DNA of 55,438 nt from Deltaproteobacteria bacterium (GTDB lineage: Bacteria > Desulfobacterota > GWC2-55-46 > JAJCZF01): the NCBI GenBank assembly GCA_029262475.1, contig JAJCZG010000022.1, positions 1 through 55,438 on the forward strand, read 5' to 3'. Every line of letters starts with the position of its first letter. Position 1 is the first letter of the stretch. This document shows, piece by piece, positions 40,420 to 52,351 of this stretch. Position numbers and translations under genes: made by a program. Below the pieces are notes generated by a model. It was not told the DNA's origin, searched no databases, and saw nothing but the letters and a program-made list of their open reading frames with translations.

Positions 40420-41436
40420 TTAGGCGCTCTCCTTATGTTCAACGGACATATTGTCAAGTTCATCCCTTGTGGGGAAGCCCTCGATATTCATCCCGAAGTC
40501 AAGTTCCATGGTATGGAGGAGTTCCTTTATCTCGTTTAGGGATTTCCTGCCAAAATTTTTCGTCCTGAGCATCTCCTGATCGGTCTTCATTACCATCTCG
40601 CCTATGAATTTGATATTGGCGTTCTTCAGGCAATTAGCACTTCTAACGGAGAGCTCCATTTCGTCTACGGTCTTGAAGAGACTTGGGTTGAACTTTGGAG
40701 CTTCCTCCTTCTTCTCATCAAACTCTTCTGCCATCTCCTCGAACGTGATAAATACGCTGTACTGATCCTTTAAGATCTTTGACGCAACGGCCACAGCGTC
40801 GTGAGGAGTAATGGAGCCGGTGGTCCAGACCTCAAGCGTGAGCTTATCGTAATCCGTTCTCTGTCCTACCCTGGCGTTGGATACGTCGAAGTTCACCCTG
40901 ACGACAGGATTAAAGATGGCATCTATGGGTATTGAGCCTACAGGAAGATCCGGGTCGTCGTTTGCGTCCGCCGACATATAGCCCTTACCTACGGAAGCCG
41001 TAAGCTCCATATTTATTTCCGCGTCGTTTGCGAGCGTTGCAATATGGAGCGCCGGGTTTAGGACCTCAACACTAGCGTCGCCCTGAATGTCGGCTGCCGT
41101 GAAATCACCAGGACCTTTCAGGTTAACCCTTAAAGTTCTGCTCTCGTCTCCTTCAATACGCAGGCGTACCTGCTTGAGGGAGAGAATTATATCGGATACA
41201 TCTTCCTTAACACCGTCTATCGATGAAAACTCATGCAAGACGCCATCTAGCTTGACGCTCGTAATGGCTGCTCCCCTGAGGGAACTCATGAGCACCCTTC
41301 TAAGCGACGACCCCATCGTTACTCCAAAACCCCTCTCAAGAGGCTCTATAACGAATTTTGTATAAGTATTGGAAAGGGTATCGTTATCAATATCAAGTTT
41401 TTTGGGTTTGATCAAATCACGCCAGTTCTTCTGCAT
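40420..41436 (-). CDS. rpoA: RNA polymerase alpha subunit
   Basis: EPLERGFG, VLHEFS, VGQRTDYDKL, LSVRSANCL, NFGRKSLNEI. Confidence 0.98.
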   Translation of the reverse strand: MQKNWRDLIKPKKLDIDNDTLSNTYTKFVIEPLERGFGVTMGSSLRRVLMSSLRGAAITSVKLDGVLHEFSSIDGVKEDVSDIILSLKQVRLRIEGDESRTLRVNLKGPGDFTAADIQGDASVEVLNPALHIATLANDAEINMELTASVGKGYMSADANDDPDLPVGSIPIDAIFNPVVRVNFDVSNARVGQRTDYDKLTLEVWTTGSITPHDAVAVASKILKDQYSVFITFEEMAEEFDEKKEEAPKFNPSLFKTVDEMELSVRSANCLKNANIKFIGEMVMKTDQEMLRTKNFGRKSLNEIKELLHTMELDFGMNIEGFPTRDELDNMSVEHKESA

Positions 41437-41469
41437 AACGCCCCCGTTTATTTAGTATATCTTAAATTA

Positions 41470-42096
41470 CTATTTTGAGTAGAGCTCAACGATGTACTGC
41501 TCCTGGATCGGAAGCGTGACGTCATCCCTATCGGGAAGTCTTCTTACCGAGCCCTTCAGGCTATCCTTGTCGAGCATCAACCACTCGGGAACACCGCGTC
41601 TGTCAGCGGACTTAACGCTGCCCTCAAATACATTCGCCTTCCTGCTCTTTTCCGTAACCTGAATCTCGTCGTTTAGATTGATCGAATAGGACGGGATATT
41701 AACCTTACGGTTATTAACGGAAAAATGACCCTGGGTTATGAGCATCCTCGCCTGACGCCTGGAGTTGGCGAGCCCGAGTCTGAAGACTACGTTATCGAGC
41801 CTTTTTTCGAGTAGGCTTATAAGGTTCTCACCTGTAACGCCCTTCTCTCTCTCGGCCTTCCTGAAGGTATTTATGAACTGGCCTTCCATGAGGCCGTAAA
41901 GACGCTTTACCTTCTGTTTCTCTCTGAGCTGAATGGCGTACTCGGAGACTTTACCCTTCGCCTGACCGTGCTGACCTGGCGCATAGCTCCTTCTTTCGAA
42001 AGAACATTTATCAGTATAACACCTGTCGCCCTTGAAGAAGAGCTTCATGCCTTCACGCCTACATACCTTACATACTGAACCTATATACCGTGCCAA
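41470..42096 (-). CDS. rpsD: 30S ribosomal protein S4
   Basis: [35 protein letters not shown]. Confidence 0.98.
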   Translation of the reverse strand: MARYIGSVCKVCRREGMKLFFKGDRCYTDKCSFERRSYAPGQHGQAKGKVSEYAIQLREKQKVKRLYGLMEGQFINTFRKAEREKGVTGENLISLLEKRLDNVVFRLGLANSRRQARMLITQGHFSVNNRKVNIPSYSINLNDEIQVTEKSRKANVFEGSVKSADRRGVPEWLMLDKDSLKGSVRRLPDRDDVTLPIQEQYIVELYSK

Positions 42097-42115
42097 AATC
42101 TTGCCTCCCGTGAAA

Positions 42116-42496
42116 TTATACTCTGCGCCTCTTCGGCGGCCTGCAACCGTTGTGCGGAAGAGGGGTTACGTCCCTTATGAGAGTTATACTGAAACCGGCA
42201 CTCTGAAGGGCCCTTAGGGCGGCCTCTCTGCCGGAACCCGGACCGTTTAGGAGTACGCTTACCGTCTTCATGCCGCATTCGGCGGCCTTGGCGGCGGCAT
42301 TCTCAGCCGCTACCTGCGCTGCGAACGGAGTGCCTTTCCTTGAGCCCTTGAAGCCTGCGGCGCCTGAACTCGACCACGCCACAACGTCACCGGCCGGATC
42401 CGTTATACTGATTATCGTATTGTTGAATGTAGCCTTTATGTGTGCCACACCCTTCAGTACGTTCTTTTTTACTTTCTTGCCCCTTGGCTTAGCCAT
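42116..42496 (-). CDS. rpsK: 30S ribosomal protein S11
   Basis: [31 protein letters not shown]. Confidence 0.98.
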   Translation of the reverse strand: MAKPRGKKVKKNVLKGVAHIKATFNNTIISITDPAGDVVAWSSSGAAGFKGSRKGTPFAAQVAAENAAAKAAECGMKTVSVLLNGPGSGREAALRALQSAGFSITLIRDVTPLPHNGCRPPKRRRV

Positions 42497-42514
42497 GAAT
42501 CTCCTCCGGTAGTG

Positions 42515-42883
42515 TTAGCTTTTGCGGGATACCGCGCCCTTCTTGGGGCCTTTTCTTGTCCTTGCGTTGGTGGACGTACGCTGTCCCCTGACGGGTAAAT
42601 TCTTTCTATGTCTGATACCCCTGTAAGAGGCCATGTCCATAAGTCTCTTTATGTCCATCGAGACCTCTTTCCTGAGATCGCCCTCGACCTTATAGGCGCT
42701 GTCTATCTCCTTACGAATAGAAGAGACCTGGGCTTCGGTAAGGTCTGAGACGCGTACCGCAGAATCGACGCCTGCAGTGTCGAGTATCCTCGACGAGAGT
42801 TCTCTGCCAATACCGTATATCTTCGTAAGGGCTATATCGATCCTTTTCTTCTTTTCAAGATCAACCCCAGCTATCCTGGCCAA
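42515..42883 (-). CDS. rpsM: 30S ribosomal protein S13
   Basis: [29 protein letters not shown]. Confidence 0.98.
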   Translation of the reverse strand: MARIAGVDLEKKKRIDIALTKIYGIGRELSSRILDTAGVDSAVRVSDLTEAQVSSIRKEIDSAYKVEGDLRKEVSMDIKRLMDMASYRGIRHRKNLPVRGQRTSTNARTRKGPKKGAVSRKS

Positions 42884-42934
42884 AACAAACCTCCTTAATA
42901 AAAAAACCTACTCTGAAAGTGGTCTTTAAGACGC

Positions 42935-43048
42935 CTAACCCTGTCTCTGCTTGTGCTTCGGGTTTTCACAGACGACCCTTATAACACCCTTGCGCTTTAT
43001 TACTTTGCATTTAGTGCAAATCTTCTTAACCGAGCTTCTAACCTTCAT
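42935..43048 (-). CDS. rpmJ: 50S ribosomal protein L36 (Zn-binding form)
   Basis: Not in the ORF track; manual translation [37 protein letters not shown]. Confidence 0.97.
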   Translation of the reverse strand: MKVRSSVKKICTKCKVIKRKGVIRVVCENPKHKQRQG

Positions 43049-43064
43049 CTGAAAACTCCGAATA

Positions 43065-43283
43065 CTATTTGGACCTGTATGTTATCCTACCCCTTGTGAG
43101 GTCGTAAGGAGAAAGCTCCATCGTAACCTTATCGCCGGGCAGGATCTTTATAAAATGCATTCTCATCTTGCCGGATACATGGGCAAGCACCTTGTGTCCG
43201 TTCTCCAGCTCAACCCTGAACATAGCGTTCGGGAGGGTCTCAAGAACGGTGCCTTCTACTTCTATTGATTCTTCTTTAGCCAT
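43065..43283 (-). CDS. infA: Translation initiation factor IF-1
   Basis: [32 protein letters not shown]. Confidence 0.98.
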   Translation of the reverse strand: MAKEESIEVEGTVLETLPNAMFRVELENGHKVLAHVSGKMRMHFIKILPGDKVTMELSPYDLTRGRITYRSK

Positions 43284-43289
43284 AATCCC

Positions 43290-44036
43290 CTAGAGCTTGC
43301 TCAGGACAAAAGGTCCATTTTGTGTAATTGCGACAGAATGCTCAAAATGCGCTGAAAGCGAAGCGTCCTTTGTAACGGCTGTCCATCCGTCCTTAAGGAC
43401 TTTTACCTCGTGATCCCCTGCACTTACCATTGGTTCAATGGCTAACACCATCCCAGGCTTGAGCTTCAGGTCAAGCCCCGGTGTTACGAAGTTCGGTACC
43501 TGAGGAGCTTCATGAAGCGCTTTTCCGATGCCGTGACCAACGAAGGCTCTTACAACCGAGTAACCGTTACCTTCGACATGTCTCTGTACGGCTGCGGCGA
43601 TATCTTTTAGAAGGTTACCCTTCCTCATCGCCTCTATAGCCATATCGAGAGAGACTTTAGTTACATCCATCAGCCTCTCCGCATCGGCGGATACCTTGCC
43701 TACAGGTAAGGTAACGGCGGAGTCTCCATAAAAACCTTCGCACTCAACGCCAAAATCTATGCTAAGTATGTCGCCTTCGTCGAGAACCCTATTCGATGGA
43801 ATTCCGTGTACAACTTCTGTATTTACTGATGTACAGAGGCAGTGCTGAAAACCGTGATAGCCCTTAAAGGCCGGTCGTACGTTTCTCTTTTTGCACTCTT
43901 CCTCAGCTATAAGCTCGAGGTCCATGGTGGTGATGCCAGGCTGAACCTTCTCTTTCAGGATCGCCAAAACCTCTGCCACTATAACGTTGCTCGTCCTAAG
44001 CTTTGCAATATCGCGCGGAGACTTAAGGCTTAACAC
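43290..44036 (-). CDS. map: Methionine aminopeptidase type I
   Basis: CTSVN.EVVHGIP, GHGIG..LHE.P, AIEPM, SAHFEH. Confidence 0.97.
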   Translation of the reverse strand: MLSLKSPRDIAKLRTSNVIVAEVLAILKEKVQPGITTMDLELIAEEECKKRNVRPAFKGYHGFQHCLCTSVNTEVVHGIPSNRVLDEGDILSIDFGVECEGFYGDSAVTLPVGKVSADAERLMDVTKVSLDMAIEAMRKGNLLKDIAAAVQRHVEGNGYSVVRAFVGHGIGKALHEAPQVPNFVTPGLDLKLKPGMVLAIEPMVSAGDHEVKVLKDGWTAVTKDASLSAHFEHSVAITQNGPFVLSKL

Positions 44037-44688
44037 ATCTATCGTCTATCGCTGCCGTTACGAGAGCGTTTATCTCGTCCACGGTGCCAAGTCCGTTAAT
44101 GCCTTTAAAAAGATCTCTCTCCGTATAATACTCTATCAGAGGCTTGGTCTGTTCTTCGTAGACTTCAAGCCTCGATTTTATCGTCTCTTCTTTATCGTCG
44201 GCTCTCTGGTAGAGCGCGCTCTTACAGTCGTCACAGGCACCATCTACTGCCGGAGGGTCGAAGTCAACGTGATAGCCTGAGCCGCATTCCTTGTTGGTGC
44301 ATACTCTCCTGCCGCAGAGCCTTCTTACCAGCTCGTCCGGCGGGACTTCTATGCCAAGCGCCAGGTCAACTGATTTCGATAGGCTATAAAGCGTAACTTC
44401 AAGGGCCTCAGCCTGGGCAGTGTTCCTCGGGAAGCCATCGAGAATGAACCCATCTGCGCAGTCGTCTTCGTCGAGCCTGCTTTCGATCATCTCCAGAACC
44501 AGTTTATCCGGTACCAGAGCACCCTTCTCCATGAAATCCTTAGCCTTCTTACCGAGCTCTGTTCCCTCTCCTACATTAGCGCGGAGGATATCACCGGTGC
44601 TAACGAGAGGTATTGAAAATTTGGCCGCAAGGCGTTTGCCCTGAGTGCCCTTGCCAGCCCCTGGAGGGCCCATAAGTAATAGATTCAT
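44023..44688 (-). CDS. adk: Adenylate kinase
   Basis: GPPGAGKGTQ, STGDILR, GFILDGFPR, Cys-containing LID; start at ATG 44688. Confidence 0.97.
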   Translation of the reverse strand: MNLLLMGPPGAGKGTQGKRLAAKFSIPLVSTGDILRANVGEGTELGKKAKDFMEKGALVPDKLVLEMIESRLDEDDCADGFILDGFPRNTAQAEALEVTLYSLSKSVDLALGIEVPPDELVRRLCGRRVCTNKECGSGYHVDFDPPAVDGACDDCKSALYQRADDKEETIKSRLEVYEEQTKPLIEYYTERDLFKGINGLGTVDEINALVTAAIDDRCVKP

Positions 44689-44728
44689 ATCATACACCCG
44701 CTTGAAAGAATATAGTTTTGAGCCGGGG

Positions 44729-46024
44729 CTAATACTTCGACTTGCCCTTGCCCTTCTTCATTAGCCCGTCGTAATTGCGTGAAAGCATATGCGACTGGGC
44801 CTGCTGTGCAGTATCTATGGCTACTCCTACTACGATCAGGAGGCTGGTGCCGCCGAAGTAGAAGGGTACGTTGAATCTCCAGATAAGAATCGATGGCAGG
44901 ACACAGACGCCCGCCAGGTATATCGCGCCCCAGAATGTCAGGCGAGTAAGTATCATATCCAGGTGCGTCGCGGTATTTGCGCCCGGCCTAATGCCGGGTA
45001 TAAAGCCGCCGTTCTTCTTGAGATTTTCAGCAATCTCCTTTGGATTGTACTGAATAGCCGTGTAAAAGAATGTGAAAAATATCGTAGCTATGATGAAGAC
45101 CAGGTTGTACATGACGCCGCCCGGATTCATCAAATCGGCAAAACCCTGCATTATGGAATTATCCGTAAATTGAACGATAGTCGCCGGGAAAAAGAGTATC
45201 GAGGAGGCGAATATCGGCGGAATAACACCAGCCGCGTTTACCTTCATCGGAAGGTGCTGGGTGCCGCCACCCATGACTTTTCTACCGACGACCCTCTTCG
45301 GATACTGTATCGGTATCTTTCTCTGAGCGCTCTCAAAGAATACGATAAAGGCAATTACCGCAAACATCAGGATGATGAGGAGGATGGCGATAAGAACGTT
45401 CATCTCTCCAGCCCTGATGAGCTTTATCATATTTACAATTGCCGAAGGGAACCTTGCGACGATATTTGCAAATATTATCAGGGATATGCCGTTTCCGACA
45501 CCCCTTTCGGTAATTTGTTCACCGAGCCACATGATAAAGACGGAACCACCGGTAAGGGTGATCATCGTCATTATCCTGAAACTCCATCCGCCGTGAAGAA
45601 CAATCGGCGAAGTGCCCGGACCCGACATACTTTCGAGACCTATGGCTATCATCAGACCCTGAACGGCGCTAAGCACGACGGTCAGGTACCTTGTATACTT
45701 GGTTATCTTCTCCTGTCCACCGGACTCCTTCTTAAGATTCTCAAGCTGCGGCATAACTGCCGTAAGGAGCTGAAGGATAATAGAAGCACTGATGTAAGGC
45801 ATAATGCCGAGAGCGAAGACTGAGAAGTTCTCAAGAGCTCCGCCCGTGAACATCGTGGCCATGTCAAGGAGTGTTCCCTTGGCCTGCGCAAAAAAGCCGG
45901 CAAGAGCGACAGCGTCAATACCGGGTGTCGGTACATAAACACCTATCCTGTACACTATCAAGAGCGCACAGGTAAAGAGTATTCTTTTATTTAACTCCGG
46001 TACCTTACCGAGTGAAGAAGCCAA
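44729..46024 (-). CDS. secY: Preprotein translocase SecY
   Basis: ALGIMPYISASII, WLGEQIT..GVGNG.SL, IPGIRPG, FGGTSLLI.VGV. Confidence 0.98.
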   Translation of the reverse strand: MASSLGKVPELNKRILFTCALLIVYRIGVYVPTPGIDAVALAGFFAQAKGTLLDMATMFTGGALENFSVFALGIMPYISASIILQLLTAVMPQLENLKKESGGQEKITKYTRYLTVVLSAVQGLMIAIGLESMSGPGTSPIVLHGGWSFRIMTMITLTGGSVFIMWLGEQITERGVGNGISLIIFANIVARFPSAIVNMIKLIRAGEMNVLIAILLIILMFAVIAFIVFFESAQRKIPIQYPKRVVGRKVMGGGTQHLPMKVNAAGVIPPIFASSILFFPATIVQFTDNSIMQGFADLMNPGGVMYNLVFIIATIFFTFFYTAIQYNPKEIAENLKKNGGFIPGIRPGANTATHLDMILTRLTFWGAIYLAGVCVLPSILIWRFNVPFYFGGTSLLIVVGVAIDTAQQAQSHMLSRNYDGLMKKGKGKSKY

Positions 46025-46465
46025 TTAACAGACCTCCGCCTTACCGCCTGCCGCAGTTATCTTCTCTGTGGCACTCTTGCTGAATGAATCAGCTTTGACG
46101 GTGAGGGCAAAACCAAGCACGCCATTTCCAAGGATCTTAAGAGGCGCCTTGGAGGACCTAATAATTCCCTTCTCTTCCAGAACCGCTGCGTCCACGGTTT
46201 CGCCTTCCTTAAAGAGTAAAGCCAGATTAGCCAGATTTACTATGCGGTTCTCAACCCTGAAGATATTGGTGAAGCCGCGCTTCGGCAAACGCCTCTGCAG
46301 CGGCATCTGACCACCCTCGAATCCGGCCTTTATATGACCGCCGGACCTGGATAACTGGCCCTTTTCTCCCCTGCCGGAGTTCCTCCCCCAACCGGAAGCA
46401 TTACCGCGGCCAACCCTCTTTCTCTTCTTTACAGCGCCCTTTGGAGGCCTTAACCTATTTAACAT
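46025..46465 (-). CDS. rplO: 50S ribosomal protein L15
   Basis: RVGRG, GFEGGQMPLQRRLPKRGF. Confidence 0.97.
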   Translation of the reverse strand: MLNRLRPPKGAVKKRKRVGRGNASGWGRNSGRGEKGQLSRSGGHIKAGFEGGQMPLQRRLPKRGFTNIFRVENRIVNLANLALLFKEGETVDAAVLEEKGIIRSSKAPLKILGNGVLGFALTVKADSFSKSATEKITAAGGKAEVC

Positions 46466-46523
46466 AACTTAAACCTAACATTAATAGCAAACAAATAATA
46501 ACTTATACCGGTCTTACTGTAAA

Positions 46524-46718
46524 TTATCCGGCCTCTTCTATGACCTCCACAAGGTGGGAGACCTTTCTGATCATTCCGCGTATATTGGGTGTGTCCTTAA
46601 AAGTCCTGGTCTTGTTCATCCTCGTAAGACCCATGGTCTTTAGTGTTAATTTCTGATTTTTATTGTAACCGATGGGGCTCTTTCTAAGAGCGACAGTTAC
46701 GAAAGTCTCTTCACTCAT
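46524..46718 (-). CDS. rpmD: 50S ribosomal protein L30
   Basis: [21 protein letters not shown]; between rpsE and rplO. Confidence 0.95.
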   Translation of the reverse strand: MSEETFVTVALRKSPIGYNKNQKLTLKTMGLTRMNKTRTFKDTPNIRGMIRKVSHLVEVIEEAG

Positions 46719-47218
46719 CCCATCACCTCTTCTACCGTCTTACCCCTTAAAGCCGCTATCTCCTGAACGCTCCTTAACTGCCTGAGGCCGTCGATGGTAG
46801 CTTTTACGACATTATGGGGGTTATTGGTTCCAAGCGATTTTGTTAGGACGTTATGAACGCCTACGCTCTCAAGAACTGCCCTTACACCACCGCCCGCTAT
46901 TACTCCGGTACCCGGGGATGCAGGCTTCAAGACTACGCGCCCGGCTCCGTAACGACCGATGACGGCGAATGGTATAGTTCCTTCCTCGACTAGCGGCACC
47001 TTGAAGACAGCTTTCTTGGCGGTGTCTACAGCCTTTCGTATAGCCTCTGGAACTTCGTTTGCCTTACCGAGCCCTATGCCAACATGGCCGGCCCCGTCGC
47101 CAACGACGACTATGCAGTTAAAACTAAAGCGCTTACCGCCCTTGACAACCTTGGCAACCCTGTTCAGGTATATAAGCTTGTCCTTCAGGTCCTGGGTATT
47201 TATGTCGAGCTTTTCCAA
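46715..47218 (-). CDS. rpsE: 30S ribosomal protein S5
   Basis: [30 protein letters not shown]. Confidence 0.98.
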   Translation of the reverse strand: MEKLDINTQDLKDKLIYLNRVAKVVKGGKRFSFNCIVVVGDGAGHVGIGLGKANEVPEAIRKAVDTAKKAVFKVPLVEEGTIPFAVIGRYGAGRVVLKPASPGTGVIAGGGVRAVLESVGVHNVLTKSLGTNNPHNVVKATIDGLRQLRSVQEIAALRGKTVEEVMG

Positions 47219-47254
47219 AAGTTTACTCCGTAAAGATAATTAAAAAGTTATTGG

Positions 47255-47626
47255 CTAAAACTGAAGACCCGCTTCCCTGGCTCCATCGGCAAGGGCTTTC
47301 ACCCTGCCGTGATAGAGGTATCCTCCCCTGTCGAATACGGCCTTGTCGATGCCTTTCTGAACGGCTATCTTTCCTATGAGCTCGCCGACCTTCTTTGCAG
47401 CTTCCGTCTTGTTCGCTACTGCGCCTAGCTCTTTAAAGGAGGCTGAGAGCGTTGATGCGGTGGCTAGCGTGGTGCCCGTAGCATCGTCAATGAGCTGAGC
47501 GTAAATATGGCTGTTGCTCCTGAAGACGTTTAGCCTTGGCCTCTCGCCTGCTGCCTTCCTGATTCTACGTCTAACCCTCGCCGACCTCTTGGCGTGTGCG
47601 GCATGTCTTTTATGTAAATGACTCAT
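47255..47626 (-). CDS. rplR: 50S ribosomal protein L18
   Basis: [32 protein letters not shown]. Confidence 0.97.
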   Translation of the reverse strand: MSHLHKRHAAHAKRSARVRRRIRKAAGERPRLNVFRSNSHIYAQLIDDATGTTLATASTLSASFKELGAVANKTEAAKKVGELIGKIAVQKGIDKAVFDRGGYLYHGRVKALADGAREAGLQF

Positions 47627-47632
47627 ATTCTC

Positions 47633-48178
47633 TTAACCTCCGGCCTTGCCAGCCTTGCCGGCTTTCCTTCTAATAGTCTCATTATCGTACTTAACGCCCT
47701 TGCCCTTGTACGGCTCCGGCGGACGGAACGAACGTATCTCTGCGGCGACCTGGCCGACCAGCTGCTTGTCCACACCGGAGATGGTTACGAGTGTCTGCTT
47801 TTCGACGGCTGCCTTTATGCCGTCCGGGAGCGCGTAGTTGATGGGGTGTGAGAAGCCGAGGGCTAAATTCAGGGTAGACCCTGAAACCTCTGCTCTGTAA
47901 CCAACACCTATGATCTCAAGCTTCTTCTCAAAACCCTCGCTTACGCCCTTAACCATATTGGCTACGAGTGACCTTGTGAGGCCGTGTAAGCTCCTTGCCT
48001 CGCGTGTGTCGTCTGTACGCTTGACGTTAATTACGTTATCGGCTAAAACTACACTTACTTCATCGCGCACGGTGAGTTCAAGGATACCCTTGGAACCCGA
48101 TACTTTGACGTTAGTGCCGCTCTGTTCAACTTTTACTCCGGCCGGTATCTCTATCGGCTGAATGCCTATTCTTGACAT
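47633..48178 (-). CDS. rplF: 50S ribosomal protein L6
   Basis: [25 protein letters not shown]. Confidence 0.98.
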   Translation of the reverse strand: MSRIGIQPIEIPAGVKVEQSGTNVKVSGSKGILELTVRDEVSVVLADNVINVKRTDDTREARSLHGLTRSLVANMVKGVSEGFEKKLEIIGVGYRAEVSGSTLNLALGFSHPINYALPDGIKAAVEKQTLVTISGVDKQLVGQVAAEIRSFRPPEPYKGKGVKYDNETIRRKAGKAGKAGG

Positions 48179-48189
48179 GAGTTCTTCCT

Positions 48190-48588
48190 CTAATATACGC
48201 TTAAAAGGAGCTCGCCACCAACGCCGAGTTCCCGTGCTCTCTTATCAGTCATAACACCGGCTGATGTCGAGATGATGGCAACACCCATGCCGTTTAGTAT
48301 CCTCGGGATGGAATCCTTGCCGACGTACCTCCTGAGCCCTGGTTTGCTTAAACGCTTTATCTCAACGATAACAGGTCTCTTCTTCTCGCACGGCTTGAGG
48401 TTTATCGTAAGGATGCCCTGCTTCGTGTCGTCCTGATGGGAAGAGCCTTTAATATAACCCTCCTCGGCCAGAACCCTTGCGACCTCCTGCTTTAATTTGC
48501 TGGAGGGGAGTTTTAGCTCCTTTATCCCAGCCTGCTGCGCGTTTCGTACCCTCGTTAGCATATCAGCCAACGGATCAGTCATCGACAT
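48190..48588 (-). CDS. rpsH: 30S ribosomal protein S8
   Basis: [25 protein letters not shown]. Confidence 0.97.
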   Translation of the reverse strand: MSMTDPLADMLTRVRNAQQAGIKELKLPSSKLKQEVARVLAEEGYIKGSSHQDDTKQGILTINLKPCEKKRPVIVEIKRLSKPGLRRYVGKDSIPRILNGMGVAIISTSAGVMTDKRARELGVGGELLLSVY

Positions 48589-48620
48589 AACAAAATACTC
48601 CAGTTAAAGACTATTAAAAA

Positions 48621-48806
48621 CTACCAGCTCGATTTGGTAACGCCGGGGAGTTCTCCCTTGAGCGCCATGTTGCGAAAACAAATTCTGCAGAGATCAAACT
48701 TCCGGTAGTAGGCCTTTGGTCTTCCGCAGACCGGGCAACGGTTATACTCTCTGACTTTGAACTTATTCTTCTTCGAAGACTTGATTATTAAAGATTTTCT
48801 TGCCAA
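48621..48806 (-). CDS. rpsN: 30S ribosomal protein S14, type Z (Zn-binding)
   Basis: RCPVCGR...[18 protein letters not shown]. Confidence 0.97.
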   Translation of the reverse strand: MARKSLIIKSSKKNKFKVREYNRCPVCGRPKAYYRKFDLCRICFRNMALKGELPGVTKSSW

Positions 48807-48838
48807 ACCGATCCTCCGTACAACCCGTAGGCCTCTAG

Positions 48839-49381
48839 TTACTTCTTAAATGGCATACCGAGGTGCCTTAAGAGGGCTTTGCCCTCTTCGTCGCCTGATG
48901 CCGTTGTGTTAATAGTTATATTCATACCCCTGATGCGGTCTATCTTATCATACTCTATCTCAGGGAAGATGATCTGTTCCTGAATGCCGAGGGTATAATT
49001 GCCGCGACCATCAAAACTCTTATCCGGGATTCCTTGAAAATCCCTGATCCTCGGAAGGCTCGAGTTGACGAGACGGTCAAAGAACTCGTACATCATCTTG
49101 CCGCGAAGCGTCACCATCGTGCCGATAGGCATGCCGGCGCGGAGCTTAAAGGTAGCAATGGACTTCCTGGCGCGTGTTACTACGGGCTTCTGTCCGGCTA
49201 TCTGTGTAAGATCCTTTACGGCGAAGTCGATGATCTTTACATCCTTGGTGGCCTCGCCCAGTCCGATATTTACAACGATCTTATCGAGCTTCGGGACCTG
49301 CATGACGTTAGTGTAACTAAACTCCTTGGTCATTGCCGGGATTACTTCTTCCCTGTACTGTGTTTTTATCCTCGGGATCAT
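48839..49381 (-). CDS. rplE: 50S ribosomal protein L5
   Basis: [32 protein letters not shown]. Confidence 0.98.
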   Translation of the reverse strand: MIPRIKTQYREEVIPAMTKEFSYTNVMQVPKLDKIVVNIGLGEATKDVKIIDFAVKDLTQIAGQKPVVTRARKSIATFKLRAGMPIGTMVTLRGKMMYEFFDRLVNSSLPRIRDFQGIPDKSFDGRGNYTLGIQEQIIFPEIEYDKIDRIRGMNITINTTASGDEEGKALLRHLGMPFKK

Positions 49382-49713
49382 TTGTCGATAACCTCACCGC
49401 ATTTTCTGCAAAACCGAACCTTGCTCTTATCTTCCAGAATCTTCTTACCGACCCTGACCGGCTTCGAGCACTTGGAGCAGAGGATCATTACATTAGAGAG
49501 ATGGAGCGGGGCCTCTTTTTCGATGATACCGCCCTGCTGGTTCTGCTCGGAGGGTTTAGTATGGCGTTTCACCATATTAAGCTTCTCGATGAGAACGGTG
49601 CCCTTGGGGCCGTTGACCATCATGACCTTACCGGTCTTGCCCCTGTCCTTGCCGGCGATGACCATTATCTGATCATCCTTCTTTATCCTGAATCCTTTAT
49701 TAAGCATACCCAA
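49378..49713 (-). CDS. rplX: 50S ribosomal protein L24
   Basis: [25 protein letters not shown]. Confidence 0.97.
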   Translation of the reverse strand: MGMLNKGFRIKKDDQIMVIAGKDRGKTGKVMMVNGPKGTVLIEKLNMVKRHTKPSEQNQQGGIIEKEAPLHLSNVMILCSKCSKPVRVGKKILEDKSKVRFCRKCGEVIDK

Positions 49714-49744
49714 AACTATACCTCTTTAATATCCGTGGCTCTTA

Positions 49745-50113
49745 CTAGAGCACCTCAGGGGCGAGAGAGACAATCTTCATGAACTTCCTGGCCCTTAATT
49801 CCCTTGCGACTGGGCCGAAGATTCTGGTGCCTACCGGCTCCTTGTCCTTATTTATTATAACAACCGAATTTTCGTCGAACTTAATGCTCGACCCGTCCGG
49901 ACGTCTGATTTCCTTGACGGTGCGAACGACAACTGCCTTTACGACATCGCCCTTCTTGACCTTGCCGTCGTGGGCAGCCTCTTTTATGTTGGCGACTATT
50001 ACGTCGCCAACGCTTGCGAACTTCTTATTGGAAGCGCCAACGACTCTTATACAGTGAACCTTCTTGGCGCCGGAGTTATCAGCCACCTTAAGGCTTGATC
50101 TTAATTGAATCAT
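49745..50113 (-). CDS. rplN: 50S ribosomal protein L14
   Basis: [28 protein letters not shown]. Confidence 0.98.
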   Translation of the reverse strand: MIQLRSSLKVADNSGAKKVHCIRVVGASNKKFASVGDVIVANIKEAAHDGKVKKGDVVKAVVVRTVKEIRRPDGSSIKFDENSVVIINKDKEPVGTRIFGPVARELRARKFMKIVSLAPEVL

Positions 50114-50367
50114 TTTGCCTTCTCCAGTACCTCGGTGACGCGCCAGTTCTTACGCTTGCTGATAGGGCGGCACTGAATTATGCTGACCTTGTCATTAGCG
50201 TTGCACTCATTAGACTCGTCATGGGCCATATGTTTGACCCTTCTCTTTAAATATTTACCGTAAAGGGGATGCTTTTTAAGCGTCTCGATGGATACAATTA
50301 CGGACTTATCCATATTCTTCGATACAACGGTACCGACAAGCGTTTTCTTAAGGCCGCCGTTACTCAT
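50110..50367 (-). CDS. rpsQ: 30S ribosomal protein S17
   Basis: G.VVS..MDK, HPLYGK, AHDE, RPISK.K.W; start at ATG 50367. Confidence 0.96.
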   Translation of the reverse strand: MSNGGLKKTLVGTVVSKNMDKSVIVSIETLKKHPLYGKYLKRRVKHMAHDESNECNANDKVSIIQCRPISKRKNWRVTEVLEKAK

Positions 50368-50560
50368 TTGTCTTCTTCTCCTTCTCGGCAATGATGGTCT
50401 TCAACCTGGCGATATCTCTTCTCTTGTTGCGTAGAGTCATCGGGTTCTCGGACTGTCCTGTCGCAACCTGCATACGCAGATTAAAATACTCTTTACGAAA
50501 ATCCGACTCTTTGGCCGTAAGTTCCTCAACCGTCATATTTCTAAGTTCCTGGGGGTTCAT
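50360..50560 (-). CDS. rpmC: 50S ribosomal protein L29
   Basis: ELR, FNLR.Q...GQ, RRDIAR.KT; between rplP and rpsQ. Confidence 0.95.
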   Translation of the reverse strand: MNPQELRNMTVEELTAKESDFRKEYFNLRMQVATGQSENPMTLRNKRRDIARLKTIIAEKEKKTNE

Positions 50561-50970
50561 ATCTCTTCTCTCTTAACAAATTTGGTCGGTAACGCGAGCT
50601 TGTGGGCTGCGAGCCTAAATGCCTCTTTAGCGACATCCAGATCAACACCCTCCATCTCATAAAGCACCTTGCCCGGCTTTACAACCGCCACCCACTCTTC
50701 GGGGGCGCCCTTACCACTACCCATTCTCGTCTCAGCCGGCTTCTTGGAGATCGGCTTATCCGGGAATACGCGTATCCAGATCTTTCCACCCCTCTTGATA
50801 TAACGGGTCATGGCGACACGAGCGGCCTCTATCTGACGCGCCGTGATCCAACCGCAGGCAGTAACTTTAAGGCCATACTGCCCGAAGCTTATATCCGAAC
50901 CCCTCAATGCCTTGCCCCTGCGCTTGCCGCGCTGCTGTTTTCTAAATTTTACTTTCTTCGGCATTAACAT
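50557..50970 (-). CDS. rplP: 50S ribosomal protein L16
   Basis: QIEAAR, WIRVFP, RMGSGKG.PE.W. Confidence 0.98.
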   Translation of the reverse strand: MLMPKKVKFRKQQRGKRRGKALRGSDISFGQYGLKVTACGWITARQIEAARVAMTRYIKRGGKIWIRVFPDKPISKKPAETRMGSGKGAPEEWVAVVKPGKVLYEMEGVDLDVAKEAFRLAAHKLALPTKFVKREEI

Positions 50971-51023
50971 GGTAAAAAAGCCTCTCTATATAAAAAATTC
51001 CTAATTGCAAAACGTTTAAAAAC

Positions 51024-51695
51024 TTACTTCGTGATCGTCTTCTTGTCATCCTTGGGGATGGCATTCGGATGGGCCTTGACCTCACCCTTGTATATCAGCA
51101 CTTTTACGCCGATTATTCCGTAAGTGGTGCGTGCCTCGGCGACACCGTAATCTATGTCTGCCCTCAAGGTATGAAGAGGTACTCTGCCCTCCCTGTACCA
51201 CTCGGTCCTGGCAATCTCGGCTCCGCCGAGTCTGCCGCCGCAGGTTATCTTTATTCCCTTAGCGCCCATCCTCATGGAGCTTGTGACGGCCTTCTTCATC
51301 GCGCGCCTGAAGGAGACTCTTCTCTCTAGCTGCGTGGTAATATTTTCCGCTACCAACTGCGCTTCGAGATCAGGCTTTCTTATCTCGATTATATCGATAT
51401 TTATATCCCTGCCGGTCTGGGCCACGAGCTCTTTCTTCATGACGTCAACCTCGGCGCCGCGACGGCCTATAACAAGACCGGGTCTCGCGGTATGGATGAT
51501 AACCCTTGCCTTGTCAGAGGTCCTCTCGATTTCTATCCTTGCAATACCGGCGTGGAAGAGGCGTTTCTTAACGTATTTTCTTATCTTAAGGTCTTCGTGG
51601 AGAAATATAGAGTAGTTCTTCTCTCCGTACCATCTAGATGACCAGTCCTTATAAATACCAACCCGAAAACCTATTGGATGAACCTTTTGACCCAA
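51024..51695 (-). CDS. rpsC: 30S ribosomal protein S3
   Basis: MGQKVHP.GFR from TTG 51695, [27 protein letters not shown]. Confidence 0.98.
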   Translation of the reverse strand: MGQKVHPIGFRVGIYKDWSSRWYGEKNYSIFLHEDLKIRKYVKKRLFHAGIARIEIERTSDKARVIIHTARPGLVIGRRGAEVDVMKKELVAQTGRDINIDIIEIRKPDLEAQLVAENITTQLERRVSFRRAMKKAVTSSMRMGAKGIKITCGGRLGGAEIARTEWYREGRVPLHTLRADIDYGVAEARTTYGIIGVKVLIYKGEVKAHPNAIPKDDKKTITK

Positions 51696-51711
51696 AACCT
51701 TCCTCCTCTTC

Positions 51712-52053
51712 CTACTTGCCGCTATCGTCGCCAAGGACGATGGTAATGTGGCTTGAGCGTTTTCTTATGGTAAATCCCCTGCCCTGTGCCCTCGGACGCA
51801 TACGTTTCATAACAGGACCGCCGTCAGCGAATGCGCTCTTAACGAAGAGGCTGTCTACGTCCATGTCGTGGTTATTCTCGGCATTGGCCATCACACTCTT
51901 AAGGGCTTTGGTTATCTCCTTGGAGACTGCCTTGTCGCTAAGCGTAAGTATCTTCATCGCCTCGCCGACCTTCTTGCCGCGTATCTGGTTCACAACTAGT
52001 CTTGCCTTCTGTGGACCGACCTTTAAATATTTAGCTACTACCTTGGCTTCCAT
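51712..52053 (-). CDS. rplV: 50S ribosomal protein L22
   Basis: PQKARLV, ANAE.N, KR.RPRAQGR, SHITIV. Confidence 0.97.
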   Translation of the reverse strand: MEAKVVAKYLKVGPQKARLVVNQIRGKKVGEAMKILTLSDKAVSKEITKALKSVMANAENNHDMDVDSLFVKSAFADGGPVMKRMRPRAQGRGFTIRKRSSHITIVLGDDSGK

Positions 52054-52075
52054 ATCATATAATCCTTAATATACT

Positions 52076-52351
52076 CTACCTGCCCTTGCTCTTCTTGGAG
52101 CCGGCATGACCGTGAAATGTCCTGGTAGGAGAAAACTCACCGAGCTTGTGTCCGACCATATTCTCGGTAACGAAGACCGGGATGTGCTTCCTGCCGTTAT
52201 GCACGGCAATAGTGAAGCCGACCATATCCGGAATAACCATCGACCTTCTGGACCAGGTCTTTATAACCTTCTTTGAACCGCTCTCAATCGCCGTCTCAAC
52301 CTTCTTTATGAGATGGCCGTCAATGAACGGGCCTTTCTTTGCGGAACGCAC
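52076..52351 (-). CDS. rpsS: 30S ribosomal protein S19
   Basis: [30 protein letters not shown]. Confidence 0.98.
   Translation of the reverse strand: MRSAKKGPFIDGHLIKKVETAIESGSKKVIKTWSRRSMVIPDMVGFTIAVHNGRKHIPVFVTENMVGHKLGEFSPTRTFHGHAGSKKSKGR

Noticed and set aside
44789-45823. 344-aa plus-strand ORF, and similar long antisense ORFs at 946-1686, 9483-10265 and 49034-49672
   Set aside because: Antisense to secY, purF, pycB and rplE/rplX, with no recognisable motifs.
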